DNA of 63,484 nucleotides, counting the filler, from Licmophora abbreviata (lineage: Eukaryota), in NCBI GenBank assembly GCA_900291995.1. It is 9 parts of 9 records of this genome, joined end to end, with 100 filler letters (N's around TTAATTAATTAA, not from the genome) between each part and the next. Parts side by side here need not be neighbours in the genome. Positions count along the whole stretch, not along the records: positions 1 to 12,953 come from OLMU01004827.1; 8 more parts are not named here. One strand, written 5' to 3'. Made by a program: the position numbers and the translations under genes. Under the pieces are notes generated by a model. The model did no database searches. It was given only the letters and a program-made list of their open reading frames with translations, and was not told the DNA's origin. Every line of letters begins with the position of its first letter. The first letter of the stretch is position 1. Below are positions 1-10,637 of the stretch, one piece after another.

Positions 1-499
1 GGCGGAGCATCGTCGAGGGAAAAGAGCCCGCAGTTAGGGAAAATACCTCAGCGTTTTCAAGCCACGAGGGACGACGCACTTATCAGATCAACCAAGAATT
101 CAGCCGGAGAGGCCAAGTCGCCAACGACTACCGTCGAAGAAATAACAAAGCGCGCAGATACACCATCTAAAGCTCCAACCTTGCGGGAATGGAAGGTAAA
201 CAAGAATAGAACTCTTCAGGGGGTAGTAGAGGGGTCACGCATTTACGAGAACGGAACTGATGTGTCAACATCGCCGTTGGCGGCCGGTGAAGAAGCTGAA
301 GAAGGGTCTGTAGTGACGACAACGACTGGATCCAAGTGAGTTGTTCACATTTTTATCTTGCTGCGATTTCTACGTAAGACTAGTGCAGTGCGTTGACGAT
401 TCCTAACTCTTTGTGCGTTTCTTGCGCAATCACAGGTACTTCCTGGGCAGGAAGACACCTCCAGCAGGTCTCACTTGGCTGTTCAATCTTTTTGATTGA
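1..499 (+). CDS. 3' end of a hypothetical protein with a ~55-aa repeat domain; paralog of the gene at 675..2407
   Basis: Translates ...PTLREWKVNKNRTLQGVVEGSRIYENGTDVSTSPLAAGEEAEEGSVVTTTTGSK, then a GT-AG intron at 336..435, then YFLGRKTPPAGLTWLFNLFD* (TGA 497-499). The 5' end lies outside the window. Confidence 0.8.
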
Positions 500-674
500 T
501 TGGAAACCTTAAATGCTACAGATGGCAGTAGGGAGTACACAAACGTAAACGGGGTTTAACTTTTTGAGTGTTCATTAGTGTAGTTGCATTTGCTTGTTCT
601 TCAAGTTGTCTGGGCAGGTTTACGCTCTATGTGTCCGTGTGTAATTGCCTCCTCATTGACCAATTATGGTCTGT

Positions 675-2407
675 CTAGTTTTTAAATGCTGAAAACGACG
701 TCCCAAATAAGCCGAACAGGCCTCCGTCTCCTTTCTTGTCATCTAGGTAGTACCTGAAGATGATTCAACGCGCAAACGAATGATTGTTTCAGAATCTCAA
801 GGAAGAGAAGCTGAAACCCGCGCCAGACTATGCACACCATCGAATGCTTACCGTGATCCTGTCTCGGTCGTCACAATAGCCTTCACGATAGCCTTGCCAG
901 TGATTGGCGAGGTAGTCACGGCTTCGCCTTCCTCGAAATTGGAGGATCCCGTTATCAAACCGGATACAGATCCATCCGTGTTTTGCTTCCACTTTGTAAG
1001 AATGGGGAGTCCTCGGGGAGGCGACGAAACGGGCTCCGGAGGCTTCGGTTTTCCTCTTGATGCAGCACCGAACCCAGACGCTCCGCCGAGAAGGGCGGCC
1101 AAGCTGAACGTAGCACGCGGCTTTGCCTCCTTTAGACTATCCATCGCCTCCCGAGCACGTTTGGCTGCTTCCCGCATTTTTTCTGCCTCTTCACGTTTCT
1201 CCTCGGCTGCCGGCACCGATTTGCTCTCTTTCTTAGGATTGCGCGGTGGTGTGACTGTTTTTCCATCTGTGATTCCTCCGAAAAGCATCCCCAGTAGATC
1301 CAGGACGGGTGCCTTCTCTGGGGCTCTTGCTCCAAGATAGTACCTCGTTCCCGAAGCCGTTTCAATCATCCCACCTTCAATTGCTTCTTGTCGAACTACT
1401 GCCGTGGTTACTGTCTCTCCGTTTTCAAACTTATCGTTCATGTTTCCTGCTATCATGCCGGTGACACTACCGTTCGCATTCTGCCGCCAGTTCTCCAAAG
1501 TGGGAATGTCAGAAACACCACGCTTCGCCGAGTCCAATAGCTTGCTGGGAAGGTCGACAATGTCCTTGACTTTCCGTTGCGCGGCTTCGGAAAGCTTGGC
1601 AGGGAGACCAACAATCTCATTGGCGGTTTCCTTCGCTTTCTGCTGTGCCGTCTCGCCAATTTTCGATGGCATGCCCTTGACATCGTCTACAGTCGTTTCC
1701 ACTTGTCGCGATACCACGACCTTGGCACTGTTGACACTTCCTTCTAGAATTTCTGATAAGGCTCCTCCTAAAGACCTCATCCCCTTTTCAACAACTTCGT
1801 TGACTCCTTCCAAAGCCGCTTCCTTCCGCCGACGCGCTTCTTCTTCCTTCTCCAATCGCGCCACCATCGCATCAACCTCAGCCTTGACAGAATCTTCCTC
1901 GCGCTGTCTCGATATGTCTGCTTCCTCTGCTTCGGATTCATTCACTACTTCCACGGCCGATTCCTTACTACGACGCGCTTCTTCCCTCGCCTCCCGCCTG
2001 GCGTCTCGTTCGGCCTGCCGTTCAGCTTGCCGTTCTCGGGCCAACCTGGCATCCACCTCGGCCTTCACATCTTCCTCGCGTCGCTGGGGAGGTTCTTCTA
2101 AATCAGCAACGAGCGGTTGTACATCCACAGGATCGCTCTCTGGCGCTTCCACTGGCTCTACGGTCGGCTCCTCAGACGCTTCAGCATCCTTCCCCTTGCT
2201 CAGTGCTTCCTCTGCTACTCGTAGCGCTTCATCCGCCTCTGCCAGAATGTCATCAATGTTGAACTCCTTCTCTTCGATGCGCTTGGCTGCCTGAAGCGGG
2301 TCGACACGAGCACCCCGTGGTAGCACCGAGGCACGTGGACGCTGCAGAAAGGCGTCAACGACTAGCAAATTGATAAGCAGTAGTACGGCAACGGATCCGA
2401 ATTTCAT
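675..2407 (-). CDS. Probable plastid-targeted protein: coiled-coil/LEA-like N-half plus two copies of a ~55-aa repeat domain
   Basis: Starts MKFGSVAVLLLINLLVVDAF (signal peptide + AF). Charged helical region, then repeats PTLENWRQNANGSVTG...ETASGTRYYLG and PILTKWKQNTDGSVSG...TTETGSR/YYL. Intron 754..851; last exon ends FKN* at 675. Confidence 0.8.
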
Positions 2408-2966
2408 CGGCGACATGATCGAAAGTGAAGCGTTTCTCGCGAACCGGGGTGGCTGCTGTTCCAAAATGGGATCACTGGCGACTACAAGAGGCAGTCTGAA
2501 AGACACAAATGCGACGTAGGTCTACAGGAACGAAACACACAAGATCGCTTTGCCCAAACTTCAAACCTTGAACTTCCTCGCAAGACACGACTCCCCCGCG
2601 GGTCGGTCAATCCTATTTCATACTTGTGCGCATCTTTTGGTCTACACAAATTCAATGGAACAGATGGGGAGTTTTGATGTCAACAAGATATTAGAGACGA
2701 TTTGAATCCGTACTGAGGTAAGTCTACACCGTTGTCACCTGCTTGCTAGACTGCCCGACTGTAGACCAACAGTAATCGACACGTCTCAGCGGGGACGGTA
2801 ACATCAATGCGTCGCTCGCCGCCAGACTAGATAAGATGCTCGAACCTGGTATGCGAATTTCATACCGTGTGTAGATTGCTAATCCTACACTAAATTTTCG
2901 CTATCGAATTACTCCAGTATGAGGCAGTATGACAAACCGGTACTACCAAATGGAAAGTGATCGCAA

Positions 2967-4178
2967 TCATGTGCAGTTGGGTGCCGTGTATTCCGTTGCA
3001 TCAATTGGCACTACTTTCACCGAGATTGTTCTTCTTCCGTAGTCCCAGCAGGAGTTCCTGTATCTTCGCCTGTTGACAAGCTTCCTTCGCATCCAGTACT
3101 CCATGTAATACCGGGTCGCCTCGAGAACAAACTCGCTGTCGTGCTTAATGAACTCGGGCATTTCCTTTTCTCCGTTCATTTCGATCTCCTCGATTTCCTT
3201 CTCGAGTTCTGTCTTCGTGTTTTCGATACTCTGTCGCGCGTTCAGCTGAATCTGATGGATTTCGGCTCTCTTGAGAGCCATCTCATCTCTGAACTTCTGC
3301 TGCTTAGTAGCGAGTTCAGTTTTCTTCTTCGCTGCCTCCACATCCTTCTTTGCGTCATCGTCAAGCTCCTTTGCGATTTCACCTTTCTGTTTTACCTCCA
3401 GTTCATCCACTTCCTTCATCGACTTCGTGTCGTCTCTAGCAAGCTTCGCCATCTCCTTGCCCAATTGGGCTTGCAGGCGTCTCAAATCCACTTTCCTTGT
3501 CTTCTTTTCAGTAGTAAGCTTCGCATTGAGTTTCACTGTCTCAAGCTTCAACTCTCGTTCAAGCAGCTCGACATCTTGTTGAAGTTGAAAGTTCTCCATG
3601 TCGTGATCCTCAATGAGCTGGGCAATTTTCTGTTTGATGGATTCCAACTTTTCCTTCTCAGCAGTGCCGGCTCCAACGGAGTTGGCGGGGTTTGTAACTT
3701 CGTCGGACTCGATGTAGCAGAGACGTAGGTCCCCACCAGCCTTGACCACGATTTGAGAGTCTGCGACTGACCCGCACACATCGCTACTGGCATCGGCCCC
3801 TTTGGCATCGAACCCACTATCGCCCACTTCGTTGTTTGCGTACCATTCAGAGGTACTGGCGAGGGCGCCGAGGTACCGTTGTGCTGTGCTCCTGATCTCG
3901 TCGATTTTATAACCCTGACAATACTGAGTCGTTGGAAAGTCTACATCGATCCTGTAGTAAACATCGGCCGCAAAGGCTTTGGCCGCCTCGCCGTATCCTT
4001 TCTCTCGCAAGAGTGTTTCACAGTTCACCGAGGTGCCAAGGAAGCGCGTATGCGTCTCTTCTAGGATGCTAGCTGGAGGACCTTCTTCAGCGCCTCGCAA
4101 GGTGGCGGAGACCGTCCAGCTACCCACTGTGCATAAGATGATGGTCAAAAGAAGGGACGGCTGGGACCTTTTCGTCAT
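2967..4178 (-). CDS. Secreted six-Cys/coiled-coil protein, paralog A
   Basis: 403-aa intronless ORF with signal peptide, RFL motif, YYRIDVD motif, LCY, a long E/K-rich coiled coil and C-terminal C..VKVVPID..C. Confidence 0.8.
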   Translation of the reverse strand: MTKRSQPSLLLTIILCTVGSWTVSATLRGAEEGPPASILEETHTRFLGTSVNCETLLREKGYGEAAKAFAADVYYRIDVDFPTTQYCQGYKIDEIRSTAQRYLGALASTSEWYANNEVGDSGFDAKGADASSDVCGSVADSQIVVKAGGDLRLCYIESDEVTNPANSVGAGTAEKEKLESIKQKIAQLIEDHDMENFQLQQDVELLERELKLETVKLNAKLTTEKKTRKVDLRRLQAQLGKEMAKLARDDTKSMKEVDELEVKQKGEIAKELDDDAKKDVEAAKKKTELATKQQKFRDEMALKRAEIHQIQLNARQSIENTKTELEKEIEEIEMNGEKEMPEFIKHDSEFVLEATRYYMEYWMRRKLVNRRRYRNSCWDYGRRTISVKVVPIDATEYTAPNCT

Positions 4179-4478
4179 CGTGATCAGGCAACAATCGTTC
4201 GAGAATTGACGTGAATTGTGAGGTCATTCGTGAACACTTTCGTTTGTTGGGCCATGTATTTATTGTAGGGCATATTTAAGCCAATGACTATAATATATTT
4301 ATATGATCTGGGCAGAATTGATCTGAATATGTACAGTCTTTACTATGCCAGTCATAGATCAGAGCATAATGACCACATGATTTATGCCCGCATTCACGCT
4401 TTGATTCTCTATAATTTTGGGCTGGTTGTCAAGGCCCAAAAGAGCGAAAAGGTCAAAATACCGTTTCGAATATTAACC

Positions 4479-5636
4479 ATGACGAAAGTCCTTCTCTTTC
4501 TCCTGACCCTCTTGTCCTATCGCCTCCCCTCACACGTCGAAGCCTTCAATGAGGTGGCATTCGATGAGAAATGTGAGGGCAATGAAGAGGCTGAAGGCTT
4601 CTTCTACAAGGCGCAGATAGACATCGATGTGGTCGGTTCATGCTCCAACATGAATCATCTTCTTTCCATGTTCAAGGCAGTGTACGAAGCCATTGGACGC
4701 TCCACCGAGGAGACAGCGGCTCTTACTTCGGACGATGTCACGATCTACGCTGACAAGGTAACGCTGGACCCTGCGTTTTGTAGTGAGCCGGTTATCGACG
4801 GTGGTGAACGTCGCCGTCTGAGTCCAGCCACCACGGCATCTAAATGGAGCTTTCAGGGTGGCGGCGAAGGTGTGCTCTGCTACCCCAAGGTGACTATTTC
4901 AGATATCCCCAACTATGAGGAGCGGGCCGCGGCGCTAGAAAAGGAAATCGAGGAAGCCCAAGAGGCCCAATCTCAATCACGTCGGCTACTTCATCTTCAG
5001 CAAGGTGAAGTTGTCACCGAAATGGATCTTGAAGAGGACGATATCCAAGCAAAGATTGATATCGAGCGTCTTGACTTCGAAGTTGAAAAAGAAGAGATGG
5101 ACTTGAAGATATTTATGGCACTGAGGAAAGCGCATAGGGACCATGGCCGCAACTTGCCCAAGGAGGTCAAAGAGCAGCTAGAAGAAGATGAAACAAGCTG
5201 GAAAAGTGAACTCGAAGCTCAGCAAGAAGAAATGAATGAGCGACACCGAAAGTGGCGGAGGGCCCTTAGACAGTTGCTTGCAAACCAGAACGCGCCAGTG
5301 GAAAACGAGACGGAAGAATTCGAGAGTGATTGGCTGGAGAAGGTTCACTACTTTGATATCACTCGTGCCAAGCTTCAATTTGACCATTTGCAGGCGCAGC
5401 TTCTGATGAAGGACGAAAACTTGGCCAAGGAGCAACTAGCCTTAGCCAATGTGGACTTCTATTGGATACTGAACGCCTACCGAAAAAGCATCCTCCAAAA
5501 GGTGAACGAAGATCTATCGAATCTATGGACGCAATACGGCGGAGAGTGTTTCGATGAAAAGCCGACAGTAATGGAGCTCAAGTTGACTCCGGTCCCAACT
5601 GTAGACGAAGCAAAGCCAGCATGCGATGGCATTTGA
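4479..5636 (+). CDS. Secreted six-Cys/coiled-coil protein, paralog B
   Basis: Likely start MTKVLLFLLTLLS at 4479 (signal peptide). Motifs FYKAQIDIDVVGSC, RRRL, WSFQGGG..LCYP, coiled coil, C..KPTVMELKLTPV..EAKPAC. Confidence 0.82.
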   Translation: MTKVLLFLLTLLSYRLPSHVEAFNEVAFDEKCEGNEEAEGFFYKAQIDIDVVGSCSNMNHLLSMFKAVYEAIGRSTEETAALTSDDVTIYADKVTLDPAFCSEPVIDGGERRRLSPATTASKWSFQGGGEGVLCYPKVTISDIPNYEERAAALEKEIEEAQEAQSQSRRLLHLQQGEVVTEMDLEEDDIQAKIDIERLDFEVEKEEMDLKIFMALRKAHRDHGRNLPKEVKEQLEEDETSWKSELEAQQEEMNERHRKWRRALRQLLANQNAPVENETEEFESDWLEKVHYFDITRAKLQFDHLQAQLLMKDENLAKEQLALANVDFYWILNAYRKSILQKVNEDLSNLWTQYGGECFDEKPTVMELKLTPVPTVDEAKPACDGI

Positions 5637-6739
5637 TCGGGTGCCCTTTTTCGGGGAAAATAGAACAGGTGCATGTACCTTCGGGTCCTTGGAACCTCGC
5701 TTTCGCAACTCCCGCACTCTGCCTCTGCAACCAAGAGTAGCAGTGAGTAGTTAATCTGGTAGGTAGCTTTTTTAAGTTGACCAACATAGGGCACGTTCAA
5801 CGAGGAAGTAGTTCTTTTCAGTAGATGATCACACCGAACTTGCACGCAAACACTGTCTGCTGCTATGTCGTCGAACGGTTGTAGACTACTGGTACCAGAG
5901 GCGAAACCGATTCTAACATCTGCCAGATAACTTGTACCAGTACAGTTGCGAAGACGAAACCCAGACATTCAGGCGCGTAATGGGGCTAACGCCGTGATGA
6001 GAGCTCTACCCGAAATGACTGATTCAAGACTCAGTCTAGAGTCCCATCGCGCTCTCAGTGCCATAAACCTACAGTAGTCTAATATCACCGATATTCCGAG
6101 TCCTTTCACGGCCACAACTAATGAGTCCCCACGAGCCAGTGTGATACCTCTAGCTACCATTACATAGTTTTAAGAGGGTCGTTCTACATTCAACACACAT
6201 CGCTACTACATGTACCTCAAATCACCTTTCATCCTCATTGAAATAAGCGCACAGGTTCCACTGAGCTGCGAGCACATACTGCTCATTCTTCAATACAGTG
6301 TTTGCAATAGCGTCCTTCTCCTCTTTACTGAAATCATTTTCGCCTCTATGTTTCAAGTACTCGACCACAACAATCTTACGGGCGAAATTGGCAATGCCTT
6401 CCTCTTCTTACTCTGCTGTCATCATGAATTCCTTTACAAAAGCCAATCCTTAAGGATTCCGATTGGGGATGTCTTCTACAAATTGAACAAACCAATCCAG
6501 ATAAAAATCAGGTCTGCCGGTTTTCTTCCTCCTGTCCAGCCATGCAACAAAGACCCAGACGTACGCAAGAGCTGGTAGCTTCGAAGTCTTGTAATAAAGG
6601 GCTATTGCCAGATCCAAGGCACTCGCAGTTTCAAGATAAGACGCCGCAAGCTCCTGGGTCACCTTTTGTGGGTCTCGGTGTTTGTGGCGGTAGGTATTGT
6701 ATCTATTCGGCATAGTGGGAGCGCTTGTCTGATTTGCCC

Positions 6740-7775
6740 CGTACTTCTTTTTCCAGTAGCAAATCATTCTCACTTCGATTGACTGTCGCGGCTTGGCATT
6801 GCCGCTTGCATCCGGATCGAACACACCTGCATGAAATGCAGACCTCGAGACTTTGGAAAAGTCGCTATCATACATTTTGATGAGAAGTGCTTCCTCTTTC
6901 TCCATCTTTGGAAAGTAGTATCACTTGTAGTTACTCGCGTGGCGAGCTGACAATGCAATGTGCTCGATGCTCTTGCCTTCTTTTGTAATCAAGTCTCATA
7001 AGACATAATCGTCGGGCTTTACAGTGGAGCTATCATCAAGCACCGCCAAATGGTTGTTTTCGATTGGGTCATCGACAAAATATTCCGCCAGAGATTGAAA
7101 GACAGGTACGTCGAGTGGACCATTGGCGTACTTGATCGCTTCTCCATCGGCAGTCGCAGGTGATCGGTCAATTTGTGGGTTTCCCAATATGTAGTCGTCC
7201 ACTCCCGGTTGAGTGTCGTCTCTCGCCTGATTTCGCACGACAGGAGGAGCGAAAGTGACTACGTCGTCGCATCCAAGTTTTCTCTCAAGTTTTCTCTTGA
7301 CGAATGACTCTGACTCCACCTCTTCCTGGTACCTGGATGTCAAATTGGAATCTCCCTCTGCCAGCTTGAAGAATTCTTCCGTCGATAGGTTTGTAGGAAC
7401 GGAAGGAACGAGTTCAAAGCCAGCCTCGTCCAGAGTGAGTTCCGGATTTCCGCGGCCGTTGCAGACGGGCGTCGGAGCAACGGCCCCCGCGTCGACCCGA
7501 TTGTCCATAAGGATGGATTTCTGGCGTTCAACCTCGGATCGCGGACGTTCGTAGAGATAGTGGCGCGTCAAATCATTGACTAGATAACGCATACGGACAT
7601 CAATACAGTCCTCGGCGCATTCCTTGTCGTGTCCGCTGGCAGCATCCTTACCAACAGACTCGGATGCCACATCATCAGTCAACGAGAAGAGAAGCAGGAT
7701 AACGAAGACGACGAGAGAGATATGACAGCATGGTGTCTTGACCTTCGGCAGCTTCCTCAAGACGGACCTTTTCAT
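6740..7775 (-). pseudogene. Disrupted AsaB/CmcJ-NvfI-like Fe(II)/2-oxoglutarate oxygenase
   Basis: Family motifs NGR..LTLDEAGFELV, YYFPKMEKEEALLIKMYDS and AFHAGVFDP..PRQSIEVR. In-frame TGA at 6996-6998 and 6921-6923 (K*YY in place of KWYY). YLSFNLWRNI sits in a shifted frame near 7075-7110. The expected HxD reads PQID. The 3' boundary is approximate. Confidence 0.8.
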
Positions 7776-8384
7776 GGCTGTTGGTGCACTCTGATGAAAC
7801 CAAAAAGGATACCTGGTACCGGTACACACATCAGTGAAGTACCGGTACCGGTAGTCTATGATACTGATGATGACTGAAGAAGCACTCGCATCGGCGGCAA
7901 ATGATGTTTTGTGCAGTCGTTTTCGCTTTGTACCAACTGTATGTACCTGGTAAATTGGCGGGGTCCTCTGATGAGTTAGATTGAGGAAGCCAACCGGAAA
8001 AGCCGGAAAAGAGTGCCGCGAGCCGCGAGAGCGAATCTTGAAATCGGGAGAGCGAGAAAAAGAATACGTAGAGTACTAGTACGTTGTACTTCGTATACAT
8101 TTATTTAGAATGGTTTATCTACATATACGTGAGTAAAAATACATATTTTAAATTTTGACACTGCAGTACAATAGCACGCAAACAGCCCAGTCTTGGTTCA
8201 GCATATATCATGATAGAAGTAATTATCGGTAGATGACTAATGACTCCTTCAATGTCCTGAGGCTTAAACAGTTGTCGAAAAGGGCATAAACACGAACAAG
8301 GTAACAAAGGCCCTTGGAATCGTGAATTTATATCGCCGCGGTCCAGTCACAAAATCACAGCTTTTTGAGTTTTTGTTCACCACG

Positions 8385-10046
8385 ATGGTCCGAAAGCTGG
8401 TCTTCCTTGCACTGTTGCTCTTTCTTGGATGTCGTCCAGGCGCTTGCTTATACTTGAGACGACACCTGAGTTCTGATAGCTCGGGGAGTTCCGGAAGTGG
8501 CTCTGGGAGCTCCGAGAGCAGCTCGGGGAGTTCCGGAAGCGGTTCTGGGAGCAGTGAGGGCTCTGGAAGTTACGAAGACTCTGGGAGTAACGAGGTCTCT
8601 GGAACTTACGAGGACGCTGAGAGCGTTGAGGATCTCGAAGGCTCGGATGGGGGAGCTGGGACTGTGGAAAGCCCAGGCTCCCCTGATAACGGTACCCCTG
8701 ACAACGGTACCCCTGAAAAAGGCACCCCTGACAAAGGTACCCCTGACAACGGTACCCCTGAAAAAGGTACCCCTGACAAAGGTACCCCTGACAACGGTAC
8801 CCCTGACAACGGTACCTCTGACAACAACACTCCTGCAATCGAGACCCCTGACAACAGCAGCAGCGACAAAGAGGACGGTGAGGCACTTAACTTCAATCTT
8901 TACAACGCTTTCTGCAAAGATGACGAGATGCAAGAGCAGCATTACTTCAAAGTTGATATTGATGTCGATCTTCGTGGTACATGCGGTCGAAGTTCCGAGA
9001 CTGAATGGGTTAGAGATATGCTTCAAAGTACTTTCCGAAGTTTGGCTTTCCAAACGGCGTTTGGATGGGTTCTCTACGGCCAAGGTCTTCAGGCAAGGAA
9101 TGTGCAGTTGGGTACTGAGATCTGCGAGGCACCTCTCGAACTGAATAACCGACGAGATCTGTGGTGGAGAAAAAAGTGGGCAGCACCCAGTGAGACCTTC
9201 ACAAACGGGGTGACAAACCCAGTAGACAAATTTTGGACATTCCAAGGCAGCGGAATGAATTTATTCTGCTATCCAGAGTTCAAGAAGCAGAACCAGGCTG
9301 TTGAACACAATGACCGACCTGACTTTGAGTCGAAGCTTACTCGAATGGATGAAGTCATCTCGCAGATTTTGGCGCAACATGAGGAAAAGCAACGTAAGAT
9401 GACGACGAAGCACGACGAATTCACTGCGGCATTGAAGTTTGAGATGGACGCGCTGATGGTCACGATCAAGAACGATGCTGCCCTCGAAACCGTTGCAGCA
9501 CAGAATCTAGAGTCAGCGATTGAACAAGAGCGCGTTGCACTTCGGGCAGTTCATGGTCAATCTCTTCCATCGGGCGTTCAGCAAGTCTTAGAGGCCGAAG
9601 AGAGTAAGCTACGGGCCGATTTTGAACTGGAACGGACCCAGAGGAAAGAGGTGCATGAACAATGGGTGTCGGAGTTGAGACGCCAGCAACGAGGAACATT
9701 AAGTGGACTAGAGACGGAAGCCAAGGACCTTCAGAGGGAGCTTGAAAATCAGAGTCGCCTTCTTGACATCCAGAGGGGTAAGCTGCAAACCGAACGGGAT
9801 CAATGGGAATATCTAAGGGATCAAAAGAATCGAGACAATGAGGAACGACAAATCTCCCATGAAGACTTTTACTTGGCTCTAGATAAGCTCGAGAGAGATG
9901 CCAAGGAAAAGGCTGAGCGGGAGATTGGAAAAGTGTGGGACGCGTACAGAGAGGTTGGATTGTGTGCGGACGACGAACCAGTCATAAGCCGCATAGATCT
10001 GACTCCCGTCCAGAGCGCAGAAGAGGCCAATAGGATATGTGGATAA
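8385..10046 (+). CDS. Secreted six-Cys/coiled-coil protein, paralog C, with Ser/Gly-rich and PDNGT-repeat N-terminal extension
   Basis: Starts MVRKLVFLALLLFLG. RRHL, SG-rich tract, pentapeptide repeats, YFKVDIDVDLRGTC, RRDL, WTFQGSG..FCYP, coiled coil, C..EPVISRIDLTPV..EEANRIC. Confidence 0.85.
   Translation: MVRKLVFLALLLFLGCRPGACLYLRRHLSSDSSGSSGSGSGSSESSSGSSGSGSGSSEGSGSYEDSGSNEVSGTYEDAESVEDLEGSDGGAGTVESPGSPDNGTPDNGTPEKGTPDKGTPDNGTPEKGTPDKGTPDNGTPDNGTSDNNTPAIETPDNSSSDKEDGEALNFNLYNAFCKDDEMQEQHYFKVDIDVDLRGTCGRSSETEWVRDMLQSTFRSLAFQTAFGWVLYGQGLQARNVQLGTEICEAPLELNNRRDLWWRKKWAAPSETFTNGVTNPVDKFWTFQGSGMNLFCYPEFKKQNQAVEHNDRPDFESKLTRMDEVISQILAQHEEKQRKMTTKHDEFTAALKFEMDALMVTIKNDAALETVAAQNLESAIEQERVALRAVHGQSLPSGVQQVLEAEESKLRADFELERTQRKEVHEQWVSELRRQQRGTLSGLETEAKDLQRELENQSRLLDIQRGKLQTERDQWEYLRDQKNRDNEERQISHEDFYLALDKLERDAKEKAEREIGKVWDAYREVGLCADDEPVISRIDLTPVQSAEEANRICG
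8682..8861 (+). repeat. Coding 15-bp minisatellite (consensus CCTGACAACGGTACC; PDNGT/PEKGT/PDKGT)
   Basis: Nine near-perfect units at 8682..8816 followed by three degenerate units. Confidence 0.95.
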
Positions 10047-10637
10047 TTAGTACGAAACTCGCTATTTTTCAAGCAATTAGTGAACCAATGTATTGTACCA
10101 GCCGCCATCGTGATGTAGACTGGTGGCCGTGTTGAGAACTATATTGAAGGTGGATCATAGTAGCTAGCTGTACCTCGATGGTCGTCGAGGCCCAAGCCCG
10201 AGTGCGGAAGCAAAGTCACTTCATTAGGATCCACCCAGCCTTTCAACTTTGGGTCTAGAAACCCATGAAGCGAACGGGGTGAGAACGGTACACGGGCTTT
10301 GGGGAGTCATGGATTCATCTAGTAGAGGGTTATGACCTAGCGAAATGGATGGAGGGAACAGATGCCAGTTCTTCTATAGTACATGGCAGAGTTGGGCATT
10401 GAGTAACAGTAATGGTCGAATGAGTCGTGTCAGTCACAATTTGTTTTAGATAAATATATATGTGCTGTAGTAACGGTATCATAATGTAGGTATAGAAAGG
10501 ATGACCCTTTCGATGACTGCCCACATTCTGACATAAATGCGTAACAGAATGTCTGTAACCCCATGCAACTTCGATCTCATCTGACCAACGAAAGAGCATA
10601 CTATTCTAAGCTATCACTGTCAAAGAAGAGTCAATCA

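Noticed and set aside
780..2294. Long antisense ORFs (780..1340 and 1404..2294, and similar ones at 3141, 8448, 29005, 39307, 46252, 58936)
   Set aside because: They are shadows of real opposite-strand genes with biased codon content and show no independent motifs.
6921..6998. Two in-frame TGA codons as selenocysteine, stop readthrough or an alternative genetic code
   Set aside because: One replaces a conserved Trp, the gene also has frameshifts and a lost His ligand, and other genes here use TGA as a normal stop.
8682..8861. 15-bp tandem repeat as a CRISPR array
   Set aside because: It has no unique spacers, is in frame within a CDS, and there are no cas genes in this eukaryotic context.
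2967..10046. The three coiled-coil proteins as a tripartite pore-forming toxin (Hbl/Nhe-like) or viral fusogens
   Set aside because: There is no hydrophobic tongue, fusion peptide or TM anchor in the mature sequences; the helices are highly charged.
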